Of a DNA stretch of 64,000 bases, positions 8,773 through 18,330 are shown in pieces. This DNA is from Candidatus Tepidiaquacellales bacterium OLB5 (GTDB lineage Bacteria; Bacteroidota; Ignavibacteria; Tepidaquicellales; OLB5): contig LLZO01000385.1 of the NCBI GenBank assembly GCA_001567545.1, positions 1,318-65,317 on the forward strand. The letters are read 5' to 3'. The notes under the pieces were generated by a model that had not been told where the DNA came from, made no database searches, and was given only the letters and a program-made list of their open reading frames with translations. Both the position numbers and the translations under genes were made by a program. Every line of letters begins with the position of its first letter. Within the stretch, counting starts at the first letter, position 1.

Positions 8773-9915
8773 ATGTTGAAATTAAAATTGTGTGTGATGG
8801 CTGTTTTGGTTGTGCTATCAGGCAGAATAATGGCGCAGGGTGAATCTGCGGTTCCCTTTCTTTTAATTGGTCCAAACTCGTTAAATGCGGGAATGGGCGA
8901 AACAGGTACAGGTATGATTAATGATGCATCAGCAATGTTCTGGAACCCAGCTGGTCTTGGTTTCCAGAAAGGCGCTCAAGTTTCTATTACTCACTCACCA
9001 TGGCTGCCGGGATTGGGTCTGTCAGATCTGTTTTATGACTATCTTGCGGGTAAATATTACATGAAGAAACTTAAAGGTACTCTTGGTGTAAGTATTACTT
9101 ATCTGAATATAGGTAAAATTATTCAGACAGATGAGTTTGGGAACGAAATCGGTAACTATCAAGCTTTTGACGGAGCACTTGCAGTCGGTTATGGTACAAA
9201 AGTAACCAAAGATCTAGGTGTTGGTGTAGTAACCAGGTTCATTTACAGTAAACTTGCAGTTGACCCGGTTGCCGGTGAGCAGGGTACAGGTACTGCTTAT
9301 GACCTGAGCTTTGATATTTCTATGCTTTACAGGCCTTCAAAAACCAAACTTAAATTCCTAAATAACAGATTTGGTGTAGGTATAAATCTCTCAAATATCG
9401 GTCCAAAAGTAACTTATGTTGATAATGACCAGGCTGATCCGCTTCCAACAAATTTAAGATTGGGTCTTGCGTACGATCTATACCAGAGCGAATTTAATAA
9501 TTTAACTTTAACAGCAGATTTTGCCAAGCTTCTTGTAAAAAGAAGAGAGAACGGTGAATCAGATCCTGTCTACAAAGGTATATTCACATCATTCAGCGGC
9601 GGTTTTAATGATGTAATGAAATCAATACAGTCATCTGTTGGTGCTGAGTACTGGTACGGCAATCCAAAACTTATTGGCTTAAGAGGCGGGTTCTTTTATG
9701 AAGATCCTGATAAAGGTAAAAGAAAATTTATTACACTTGGTGCAAGCATAAGATACAGTATGTACGGATTTGATTTCAGCTATATTAATACAATCGAAGA
9801 AAATCATCCGCTTGCCAATACTTTAAGGTTTACTCTTTCAGTAAATTTCGGTCAGCAGGAATCAACGGTTAAAAAACCTGAAGAAAAGAAAACAGAAGAA
9901 CAACCTCAGAAATAA
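8773..9915 (+). CDS. porV: T9SS outer-membrane shuttle protein PorV (LptO)
   Basis: AGGAGGA RBS and signal peptide. PorV N-terminal signature (AVPFLLIGPNSLNAGMGETGTG..DASAMFWNPAGLGF). About 380-aa FadL-like beta-barrel pattern. Adjacent to porU as in Bacteroidota. Confidence 0.85.
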   Translation: MLKLKLCVMAVLVVLSGRIMAQGESAVPFLLIGPNSLNAGMGETGTGMINDASAMFWNPAGLGFQKGAQVSITHSPWLPGLGLSDLFYDYLAGKYYMKKLKGTLGVSITYLNIGKIIQTDEFGNEIGNYQAFDGALAVGYGTKVTKDLGVGVVTRFIYSKLAVDPVAGEQGTGTAYDLSFDISMLYRPSKTKLKFLNNRFGVGINLSNIGPKVTYVDNDQADPLPTNLRLGLAYDLYQSEFNNLTLTADFAKLLVKRRENGESDPVYKGIFTSFSGGFNDVMKSIQSSVGAEYWYGNPKLIGLRGGFFYEDPDKGKRKFITLGASIRYSMYGFDFSYINTIEENHPLANTLRFTLSVNFGQQESTVKKPEEKKTEEQPQK

Positions 9916-9919
9916 TTAA

Positions 9920-12900
9920 ATGATCATTGTAAGTTCGCTATTGAAAGTGCGGATACTGACAGCTTTAATGCTGTTGGTATCCGTTCAGTTTTTTGTATAT
10001 GATACGGGGATTTTTTCCCAGGCAAATAATCTGCTTGCAGGAAACTCTGCTGATCTAAAGTTCCGGCTAAGCCACCCTTTGAATTACCATCCGGTCGAAA
10101 AAAAGGATAGTTACTACGGTAATATTATGTTCCGCACACTGCTTCCTGAAACTTTAAATGTTTATGCTGTAAGAGTACAGTTCAGGACTGATAATAATCC
10201 TCAGACTACCGGTGACGGCAGGTTTGATGTATCATCCAATTACCCTGATTCTGTTGACGCTCCGCCGCATGACAGCTTGTATTTTATACATAAGCTGGAG
10301 TTTCTGAAGAATTATTATTTTAAATCCAGCAAAGGCAAGCTGATAATAAATTATATACTTTTGCCCGGAGTAAAAAATCTTGCAAATGAAATGGAAGTAT
10401 ACTCGCCCCGCAGACTGGAGAATCTTCAGCGAATGGGTAACCTTTTCTATGATGTATGGCGTTCAGTTGACAGTACTTATGATTTTACGGGGATAAACCC
10501 CAATAACTCTGCGTTTATGATATTCCATGCAGGCGTTGGAAGAGATGTTGACCTTGCTTCACAGGGTTTGTTTGTGGGTGAGCTTGATCTTCCTTCCATT
10601 TATATGGGTTTAAGTACTCTTAGATCAATTTATGGTGATACAACACAGGGCTATTATACAAATGAAGGATTGATTATTAATCATTCCTGCATGCTGCCTG
10701 AACAGGAATACAGGATAGTAAATACTACATTCGGCGATGTTTATCTTGAACTTGGAATGAACGGGATTGTTGTAGCTACAATAGGCAGCCATTTAGGCCT
10801 GCCAGACCTGTTTGATACTGAAACAGGCAGAACTGCAATCGGCAGGTTTGGATTGATGGACGGCCAGTCAATTTTCAGTTACCTTGGTGTCTTCCCGCCG
10901 GAACCTTCTGCATGGGAAAAACAGTATTTAGGCTGGGTAAACCCTATAGTTATAAATACAGGAGGTACATACAGCACCAAAGCTGCATCACTGGATGTGA
11001 ACGGGAATGAATCAGTATATAAAATTCTCATAAGCGGCAAAGAATATTTCCTTGTTGAAAACAGAAACAGGGATGCTAATAATGATAATCAAAAAATTTA
11101 TTTTGTGAATCAGAATGGTACCCGTGATTCAATGACATTTACAAAAGATGAAGACGGCTTTAACAGTGCAGATATCTGGAAACTGAAAGGCAGCATCACT
11201 GATGTTGATGAGCTGGACTGGAGCGTACCCGGACTTAAAAATGATACTGCAAACTTTCAGGGTGGTATTCTGGTATGGCATATTGATGAAAATGTTATTG
11301 ACGCTAAAATATTAAGCAATACTATCAATACCGATATAAACCACCGCGGGGTTGATGTTGAAGAAGCAAAAGGCTCCCAGGATATTGGTGTTGTGGTACC
11401 TACACCAATTGGCGATTTAATAAGCGATGGATTTTTTGTTGACTTCTGGTATAACGGCAACCATTACAGACCATCCAATATTTACAGGAATGAATTTAAC
11501 CAGACTACATTCCCTAACTCAAAAAGTTATTCAAATCAGAATTCACGGGTTTGTTTAAGACAGTTCAGCCAGATAGCACCGGTAATGACTTTTACATACG
11601 AAGTATGCGGTAATGTTGCAAACATTACCGGTTTCCCAAGGTATGTTGGCAGGGATACTTCGGGTAATTCACATCCAATGGGCTTTGACTTTAACAGCAA
11701 TGGTTTCGATGAAATATTTGTGAATATTAATGATACCCTGTTTGGTTTTCGCGATAACGGAAGCCCGATAAGAGTTGATATGCCCAATGGCTATCTTAAA
11801 GACAGTGCTTCGGGGTTTGCAGTTGGATTTCTAAACTACAGCCTTTCAGGAAGCACTAAAACAGTTGTTGGTGTTAGCGGTTCTAAGCTTAATCTGATTA
11901 CATTTAATATTGATACAGCTACATCAGCTCCAATTGTGCAAAGTTTTGAAGCGGGAGTAGGATTAACTACGCCTGCATTATTTGTTGGAAATATTAATCA
12001 GGCAACCGGTTTTAATTCTCTTTTTTCAGGAACACAAAACGGTAAAATTGCAAAATTAAAAGTTGACAGTCTTATCATTTCGTTTGATTCTGTTTCTGGT
12101 AATCCAATACGCTCACTTGCTATAAAACTGGAAGGAACAGTGCCCGGTACATATTCATTTATTGATAATTCTGCAAAATATTTAGCTTCTTCTTATATCT
12201 ATTTTGGAGGAATTCCATTAGAACCAAATACTACGCCTGTTAAAATTACAAATGATAACAGGATCTTAAGAACTGCTGCTGCCGGTGGCGATACTGTCAT
12301 ATCGAATAATTTAGGCATAACATCAGTTAACTCAACCCCGACAATATGTGATATTAACGGAGACGGTCAGCAGGAGATTATTCTTACAGCTGATAATAAG
12401 ATATTTGTAATAAATAAATTCGGTGTTGTACTTGATAACTTTCCGTTCAGCATTCCAAACGTAACCACAATTACAGGCGGTGTTGCCGTAGCTGATCTGA
12501 ACGGGGATAATATTGCTGAGGTGATATTCGGCACAGGTGATGGCAGGATATATGCTTACAGTATTAACGGAAAAGTACTTGATGGTTTTCCGCTGCTTTC
12601 CGGCGGCAGGATTCGTTCAACACCGGCAATCATTAATTCCGGCGGTAATTTCGGGCTTCTTGTTTATTCTGAAGATGGTTACCTTTACGGATATAAAACT
12701 CCCTGGGTTTATGCTGAAAACAGAATTTTATGGCGTAATTTCTTAAGGAATGCAGCTCATACAAATGACGGTTCAGGAAGCTTAAATCCTGTAACTGTAT
12801 CAAGCCTGCCGTGTCTGCCGTCAGATAAGGTCTATAACTGGCCTAATCCTTCTTATGGCAAAACAACAAACATCCGTTATTTTTTAAACGGTGATGTTAC

Positions 12901-13093
12901 TTCAGTCAGCATAAAAATTATGGATCTTTCCGGTGAGCTTGTTACAACCCTTGCCGGCACCACAAATAAGGGACTTGATAATGAAGTGCCATGGGATATT
13001 TCCTCCGTTCAGAGCGGAATATATATTGCAGTACTAGAGCTTAGCGGCGGCTGCAGCGAAACTGCTTCGATTAAAATTGCTGTAGTAAAATAA
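9920..13093 (+). CDS. Secreted M6 (InhA)-like domain protein with degenerate zinc motif, FG-GAP/VCBS propeller repeats and T9SS C-terminal domain
   Basis: Signal peptide. M6-like block VATIGSHLGLPDLFDT..GRFGLMDGQS sits where InhA-type enzymes have HExxHxLGLPDxYD. FG-GAP-like repeats (CDINGDGQQEIIL, VADLNGDNIAEVIFGTGDGRIYAY). T9SS tail (VYNWPNPSYG...GIYIAVLEL...IAVVK). Start is 4 nt after the porV stop. Confidence 0.7.
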   Translation: MIIVSSLLKVRILTALMLLVSVQFFVYDTGIFSQANNLLAGNSADLKFRLSHPLNYHPVEKKDSYYGNIMFRTLLPETLNVYAVRVQFRTDNNPQTTGDGRFDVSSNYPDSVDAPPHDSLYFIHKLEFLKNYYFKSSKGKLIINYILLPGVKNLANEMEVYSPRRLENLQRMGNLFYDVWRSVDSTYDFTGINPNNSAFMIFHAGVGRDVDLASQGLFVGELDLPSIYMGLSTLRSIYGDTTQGYYTNEGLIINHSCMLPEQEYRIVNTTFGDVYLELGMNGIVVATIGSHLGLPDLFDTETGRTAIGRFGLMDGQSIFSYLGVFPPEPSAWEKQYLGWVNPIVINTGGTYSTKAASLDVNGNESVYKILISGKEYFLVENRNRDANNDNQKIYFVNQNGTRDSMTFTKDEDGFNSADIWKLKGSITDVDELDWSVPGLKNDTANFQGGILVWHIDENVIDAKILSNTINTDINHRGVDVEEAKGSQDIGVVVPTPIGDLISDGFFVDFWYNGNHYRPSNIYRNEFNQTTFPNSKSYSNQNSRVCLRQFSQIAPVMTFTYEVCGNVANITGFPRYVGRDTSGNSHPMGFDFNSNGFDEIFVNINDTLFGFRDNGSPIRVDMPNGYLKDSASGFAVGFLNYSLSGSTKTVVGVSGSKLNLITFNIDTATSAPIVQSFEAGVGLTTPALFVGNINQATGFNSLFSGTQNGKIAKLKVDSLIISFDSVSGNPIRSLAIKLEGTVPGTYSFIDNSAKYLASSYIYFGGIPLEPNTTPVKITNDNRILRTAAAGGDTVISNNLGITSVNSTPTICDINGDGQQEIILTADNKIFVINKFGVVLDNFPFSIPNVTTITGGVAVADLNGDNIAEVIFGTGDGRIYAYSINGKVLDGFPLLSGGRIRSTPAIINSGGNFGLLVYSEDGYLYGYKTPWVYAENRILWRNFLRNAAHTNDGSGSLNPVTVSSLPCLPSDKVYNWPNPSYGKTTNIRYFLNGDVTSVSIKIMDLSGELVTTLAGTTNKGLDNEVPWDISSVQSGIYIAVLELSGGCSETASIKIAVVK

Positions 13094-13123
13094 ATTTATT
13101 TTAAAATTGAATTAATTTCCAGA

Positions 13124-13158
13124 ATGTCCCGTAAATTTTATGCGGGACATTTTTGTTT
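13124..13158 (+). terminator. Rho-independent terminator of the porU-porV-M6-like operon
   Basis: atgtcccg / cgggacat 8-bp stem, 11-nt loop, followed by ttttgttt. Confidence 0.75.
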
Positions 13159-13178
13159 ACAGTATAATCTGAATAATA

Positions 13179-14288
13179 ATGACTGTTTTGTCCGATTACA
13201 TTCCTAATATTTTACTTGCAGTTTACCTGCTGCTGCATTTTTTATTGTTAATAGGACTTCTTATAAACACCCGGAAGGTTAAACGTTCTGCATATGAACC
13301 TGCTGTTTCAGTTGTTATATGTGCCAAAGATGAAGAAGCAAGTATTGAATCCTGTATCATTTCTCTGCTTGAGCTTAATTATCCCAAAGAAAAGCTGGAA
13401 GTTATCCTTGTAAATGACCGCTCTGCGGACAGAACAAAGGAAATTATGCTTAAGTATGTAAATGCGAATAAATGCCTTAAATATTTAGAGATAACATCTC
13501 AGCTGGGTGAAATGAAAGGTAAAACAAATGCGTTAGCACAGGCTTTAAAACATGCAACCGGCGAAGTGATCTTTACTACCGATGCAGATATCGAAGTAAA
13601 TAAAAACTGGATAAGTAGAATGCTGGATTATTACGATGCCAAAACAGGAGTTGCAGCAGGGTATTCTGTTATTGTACCCGAAGGCTTTTTTTACAACCTG
13701 CAGTCAGCTGACTGGCTGTACCTGCTTTCTGTTGCCTCAGGCGGAGATGGAATCGGAATACCCATAAGCTGCGTCGGCAATAACATGTCTTACCGCAAAA
13801 GTGCATATGATGAAACAGGGGGGTATGAAAAAATAAAATTTTCTATAACAGAAGATTTTATGCTGCTTCAGAAAATTCATAAAGATTCTTCTTTCAAAAA
13901 AACAGCTTTTCCGGTTGATGATGAAACTAAGAATATAACACTTCCCTGTCTGAATTTAACACAGCTTTTCCGCCAGAAAAAACGCTGGGCATTGGGGGGG
14001 ATGGGTGAGTTCAATATGGGAATTGTTGTGGGAATTTTATCCTGGCTTACTGGAGCTGTGATCCTTTCAGGCTGGGCTTTTATGAGTTTTCAGTCTTACC
14101 TGTTCTTTTTTATAGTGAAGATGATTTTTGATTCTGTTTTTCTTTTTCCTGCGGTAAAGGAATTCAAAATGTATAAAGTTTACCTGTTTATGCCGTTGTT
14201 TGAAATATATTTTGCAGTATATGTATTAATTACGTCTGTTTTGCTTGCTTTAGACAGGAAAGTGATATGGAAAGATCAGAAAATTTAA
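13179..14288 (+). CDS. Family 2 glycosyltransferase, membrane-integrated (processive-type, QxxRW)
   Basis: N-terminal TM helix. GT2 core (VSVVICAKDEE, VNDRSADRT, TDADIEV). RQKKRWALGG (QxxRW-like) and C-terminal TM helices. Confidence 0.8.
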   Translation: MTVLSDYIPNILLAVYLLLHFLLLIGLLINTRKVKRSAYEPAVSVVICAKDEEASIESCIISLLELNYPKEKLEVILVNDRSADRTKEIMLKYVNANKCLKYLEITSQLGEMKGKTNALAQALKHATGEVIFTTDADIEVNKNWISRMLDYYDAKTGVAAGYSVIVPEGFFYNLQSADWLYLLSVASGGDGIGIPISCVGNNMSYRKSAYDETGGYEKIKFSITEDFMLLQKIHKDSSFKKTAFPVDDETKNITLPCLNLTQLFRQKKRWALGGMGEFNMGIVVGILSWLTGAVILSGWAFMSFQSYLFFFIVKMIFDSVFLFPAVKEFKMYKVYLFMPLFEIYFAVYVLITSVLLALDRKVIWKDQKI

Positions 14289-14306
14289 AGGATTAAATCA
14301 GGTCAG

Positions 14307-14687
14307 TTACTCGTAGTAAGAGTTTATTTCGTTTCCAAGGAATTTAATTGTCCACGCAATAACACCTATATCATCAAGATATCCCAGGAGGGGAGCAAAG
14401 TCAGGCATTGCATCAACCGGAGTCAGAAAATACAGCAGGGCAGCAATAACTACAGATTTCCTGTACCATTTAACATTACCATCCATCATATACCTTCTTA
14501 ATGCCTTCAGATGTCCCAATATCTTAAAAATACTTTTTTTGCTTGAAGTAATTTTCTTTTCGATATTCTGGTCAATTACCAAGGTTTCCTTTTCGGTCAA
14601 AGGTCTTTCGGGAAGATAATCTTCAAGAAGATTGAACTCTCCCGGCTTGTTATACCCGTTATTTTCAGTTAAACCGTTGTTTTTCAT
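14307..14687 (-). CDS. DUF1232 (YkvA-like) membrane protein
   Basis: Motif ALLYFLTPVDAMPDFAPLLGYLDDIGVIAW, typical of DUF1232. 4-nt overlap with the upstream M50 gene. Confidence 0.7.
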   Translation of the reverse strand: MKNNGLTENNGYNKPGEFNLLEDYLPERPLTEKETLVIDQNIEKKITSSKKSIFKILGHLKALRRYMMDGNVKWYRKSVVIAALLYFLTPVDAMPDFAPLLGYLDDIGVIAWTIKFLGNEINSYYE

Positions 14688-15373
14688 GGTAGAAATACAT
14701 CAATTAAGTTTAAATATGGCCTTGAGACCATTGAAATTATCGAAACAAACACCTGGCTGAAGCCCGGTACAAAGTTAAACAAAGCAAGTATTATAAATAT
14801 TCCCATAAAACCAATACTGCGGTAACGTATTGCAAGCTCATCAGGCAGCAGGTTTGCAAGTACATGAGAACCGTCAAGCGGTGGAATTGGTATCATGTTG
14901 AATACAGCCAGCGAAACATTTAGTATTATTCCGGCATAAAACATTTTGAACATGTAATTCAGGAACTCAAAACCAAACGACCCTTCTGGGGGATTGACTG
15001 CTGAAATTATGTAATAGAATGCAACTACAAAAAAAACGCTTACAAATGCAATGAGAAGGTTAGAAATTGGACCTGCTATTGTTACTAAAGTATCATCCCG
15101 CTTAAAATTCCTGAAGTTCCTGGGGTCAATTGGTACAGGTTTTGCCCACGCAATAAATACCCTTCCTGTAGCTATTATGGAAAAAAGTGGGATAATTATA
15201 GAGCCAAACAGGTCAATATGAGGGACCGGGTTAAGTGTAATTCTTCCAAGATCCTTTGCGGTAGTATCGCCGCACTTAAGAGCAACCCATGCGTGTGCCA
15301 TTTCGTGAATAACTACAGAAAAAATCAGTATCGGGATAATATATATATTTTCAGCGTATGACTTCAGGTCCAT
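14684..15373 (-). CDS. Site-2 protease family (M50) membrane metalloprotease
   Basis: HEMAHAW (HExxH) in TM1, a later PIPPLDGSHV motif, multiple TM helices. Confidence 0.8.
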   Translation of the reverse strand: MDLKSYAENIYIIPILIFSVVIHEMAHAWVALKCGDTTAKDLGRITLNPVPHIDLFGSIIIPLFSIIATGRVFIAWAKPVPIDPRNFRNFKRDDTLVTIAGPISNLLIAFVSVFFVVAFYYIISAVNPPEGSFGFEFLNYMFKMFYAGIILNVSLAVFNMIPIPPLDGSHVLANLLPDELAIRYRSIGFMGIFIILALFNFVPGFSQVFVSIISMVSRPYLNLIDVFLP

Positions 15374-15391
15374 TAAATTCTGGGATATTTA

Positions 15392-16081
15392 TTAAAATCT
15401 TATTACAGGTATCTTGGTTTTAGTTGTTACAGAAACATATGAATTGTTCTTCAGGTAGTTATACTTGACTGTAAAATCAAGTATGAACATAGTGAATCCG
15501 AACCCTGCACCAACACTAACTCCGGATTCAGATGGAACCAAACCCTCGATTTCTCTTCCGGCATCAAACTCCCTTTTAATTGTATTGCTCTTTACATCAA
15601 CAGAAAGATACGGCATAGTAAATGATGACCTTATAAATCCTGAAAGAGAATAATCTATATTCAGTCCAAATGAAAGTATCTTGGTCCTGTATCCTGTAAG
15701 CAGGTTTACAGTTCTGAATTCATCCGGTGAATTATATGCATAATAATTAATTTCTCCGCCTATTACAAACGGAAAGATACCCGTTGATGCAAAATCAAGC
15801 TTACCCATTATTCCGAATGACGGGTTTGCAGTTTCAGTGAATTGCCCCGCTGGAACAGATAAACCGCCGCCTACACCCAGAAATAATGCACTAATAGATC
15901 TTTTTGTTACAAGTTTCTTCTTTAATGTATCTGCAAATAAATTAACTTTGCTGTTTGAATTTTGTTTAACTGAAATCATTTTAATCTGTTCAGCATTTGT
16001 GAAGCTGTATTGCGAAATCAAACTTAAAGGTGTTACCAATACCAGTAACAGAAGGATAAATTTAAAGTTCAGAGTATTCAA
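15392..16081 (-). CDS. Outer-membrane beta-barrel protein (hypothetical)
   Basis: Signal peptide, alternating-hydrophobic beta-strand pattern, G/S/Y-rich, terminal aromatic (..PVIRF). Confidence 0.55.
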   Translation of the reverse strand: MNTLNFKFILLLLVLVTPLSLISQYSFTNAEQIKMISVKQNSNSKVNLFADTLKKKLVTKRSISALFLGVGGGLSVPAGQFTETANPSFGIMGKLDFASTGIFPFVIGGEINYYAYNSPDEFRTVNLLTGYRTKILSFGLNIDYSLSGFIRSSFTMPYLSVDVKSNTIKREFDAGREIEGLVPSESGVSVGAGFGFTMFILDFTVKYNYLKNNSYVSVTTKTKIPVIRF

Positions 16082-16087
16082 TATAAA

Positions 16088-16948
16088 CTATTGTTTAATT
16101 ATGCAGTTGGAAAATAATTTATATAATTTGTTTGCCTGTGATTTATTTATACTTTTCTTCTTTAACGCCAGTTTTACAGTTTCAATTCCCATTAAAACAT
16201 AGAACATCAGCATATTATTACCGGTTTTTTTAAGTTCATCCAGATGTTTACCTACAGTTTTCAGATCATTTCGTTCTATAGGCCCGGTTAATGCACTGAG
16301 GGAGTTTTTTACAGAAATATTTTCTATAGTTTGTTTTGCCAGCGGTATATATATGTTCAAAAATTCGTTTTGTTTAAATCCATTTATTCGTATCTTTTTA
16401 GTGTGAATATCTTCAATTTTTGATGCAAGTACAGTAAGATAATTTGATGCCATTACACAGCATATATGATGAAGCGTTTTATCTTTCTTCTTTAATGTAA
16501 ATGGAACAGCGCCGGCAGAAAAAGCAATTTTATATCCGGCATCAGCAGCCCGTTTACTGCCTTCAATTGCTATAAATATATTCCTGAATAATTTGCTGTA
16601 CCCTGCAGTTTTTGCTGCAAAAGTCTGAACAGGATGAAAACTTGCTGTTTCAGCGCCGGCTTTGCTGAGCACAGCCAAAGCATCACTTGTTAATGCACCT
16701 GAAGTATGAAAAAATATTTTTTTATTCAGATCAGTGTTAAGTGTTGCAATTTTCGCTGCAGTATTTTCTATGTATGAATCCTGCACGCATATAAAAACTA
16801 TATCTGATTTGGTTATAAAACCGGATAATATTTTTTTTCCGGCAGATTTTTTCTTTATAACTTTTATCTTATACTTGCCGCTTTTTTTTAATGCTTGGTA
16901 TAAATGAGAACCAAGCTTGCCGAAACCGATAATTAATATATTCTGCAA
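16088..16948 (-). CDS. Rossmann-fold oxidoreductase with DUF2520-type C-terminal domain
   Basis: N-terminal GxGxxG (IIGFGKLGSHL), SFHPVQTF, HHICCVMASNYL and LTGPIERND motifs as in F420_oxidored+DUF2520 proteins. Confidence 0.6.
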   Translation of the reverse strand: MQNILIIGFGKLGSHLYQALKKSGKYKIKVIKKKSAGKKILSGFITKSDIVFICVQDSYIENTAAKIATLNTDLNKKIFFHTSGALTSDALAVLSKAGAETASFHPVQTFAAKTAGYSKLFRNIFIAIEGSKRAADAGYKIAFSAGAVPFTLKKKDKTLHHICCVMASNYLTVLASKIEDIHTKKIRINGFKQNEFLNIYIPLAKQTIENISVKNSLSALTGPIERNDLKTVGKHLDELKKTGNNMLMFYVLMGIETVKLALKKKSINKSQANKLYKLFSNCIIKQ

Positions 16949-16956
16949 ATTTTTTA

Positions 16957-17412
16957 TTACAGTTCGTTTTTGCTTTTTAGTGTAATTGTAACAGGTCCAT
17001 CATTTACCAGTTTAACTTTCATCATTGCCCCGAATTTGCCTGTCTGAACTTTATCAAAGCCTATGAGCATCTTAAGCTCCTTTATGAAATACTCATACAG
17101 CTCCTCAGCCTTAACCGGCTCTGCTGAATCGGTGAAGCTTGGGCGGTTGCCATGCCGTGTATCGGCATGCAGTGTGAACTGCGAAACTACCATAGCTTCC
17201 ATACCGGTATCAAGCAGTGAAAGGTTCATTTTTTCATTTTCATCATGAAAAATCCTTAAGTTCGCAGCTTTCGCCGCAAGGTAAGCGGCTTCATTCTCGT
17301 TATCTTCATGTTTAACACCCAGCAGCACAAGAATACCCGCATTGATCTTCCCGGTCAGCTCAGAGCCGACTGTAACGCTGCATTCACTCACTCTTTGTAT
17401 CAGTGCAATCAT
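16957..17412 (-). CDS. dtd: D-aminoacyl-tRNA deacylase
   Basis: MIALIQRV...GILVLLGV...VVSQFTLHADT..GNRPSF pattern over 151 aa. Confidence 0.9.
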   Translation of the reverse strand: MIALIQRVSECSVTVGSELTGKINAGILVLLGVKHEDNENEAAYLAAKAANLRIFHDENEKMNLSLLDTGMEAMVVSQFTLHADTRHGNRPSFTDSAEPVKAEELYEYFIKELKMLIGFDKVQTGKFGAMMKVKLVNDGPVTITLKSKNEL

Positions 17413-17430
17413 TTAATAATTAATCAATTT

Positions 17431-18303
17431 TCATTTATAGGATTCAACTAGCAGTACCCTTGGAATTCCGATAAGGTCATTAAAAATTTTATAACTTAAA
17501 ATACCATTTTCTTTAAGCAGGTTTATAGTTTGTTCCTTTTTACCGTCTCCAAGTTCGAGCAGTAAAACCGGCTTCTTATTTACTGAGTTAAACAGCTGAA
17601 ATATTTTCCTGTAAAAGCTCAGCCCGTCATCATTATCGCTTAATGCTATAACTGGTTCATATCCATTTACTTCCTCATCCAGACCCGGTACGTCACTTGC
17701 AGCAATATAAGGGGGATTGCTGACTACTATATCATATCCTTCAAATGAATTTATATCATTAAAAAGATCTTTTACGGAAAAAATAATTTTTCCTTTTAGC
17801 TCTTTATTTGAAGCATTTTCTGTTGCTAAATTTACTGCTTCCGGACTAACATCAACAGCATCAATTTCGCAAACAGTATTTGCTGCAATAGCAGCGGATA
17901 TACATCCTGAACCTGTTCCTATTTCAAGTATTTTTGGATTATCTGGTTTACAATTTGTAATGTATTCCAAAGCCTTTTCAACCAAAATCTCTGTTTCCTG
18001 CCGTGGAATTAAAACACTGCAGTTAACCCTGAAATTTAAACCGTAAAACTCTGTTTTACCAAGAATATACTGGAGCGGCTCAAAAGCAAGCCTGCGTTTA
18101 ACGTGCTGCCTGTATGCTTCAACTTCTGCCTTGGTGAGGGGTTTTTCAAAATTCAGGTACAGCTCAATCCGTTTATCGCCGGTAATATCGCATAAAAGCA
18201 GCTCTGCATTAAGCCGGGGATTTTTTATCCCTTTATCTGCAAAAGCTGCTTCTGTTACTTTTAATATATCAAGTACCCGCCAGGTCTTTAAGGTTTCAGC
18301 CAT
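17431..18303 (-). CDS. prmC: Release factor glutamine N5-methyltransferase
   Basis: HemK/PrmC layout: SAM site LEIGTGSGCIS, catalytic VVSNPPYI, N-terminal HemK helical domain. Confidence 0.88.
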   Translation of the reverse strand: MAETLKTWRVLDILKVTEAAFADKGIKNPRLNAELLLCDITGDKRIELYLNFEKPLTKAEVEAYRQHVKRRLAFEPLQYILGKTEFYGLNFRVNCSVLIPRQETEILVEKALEYITNCKPDNPKILEIGTGSGCISAAIAANTVCEIDAVDVSPEAVNLATENASNKELKGKIIFSVKDLFNDINSFEGYDIVVSNPPYIAASDVPGLDEEVNGYEPVIALSDNDDGLSFYRKIFQLFNSVNKKPVLLLELGDGKKEQTINLLKENGILSYKIFNDLIGIPRVLLVESYK

Positions 18304-18330
18304 TATATTTAAAATCTTTCTTCAAATATA

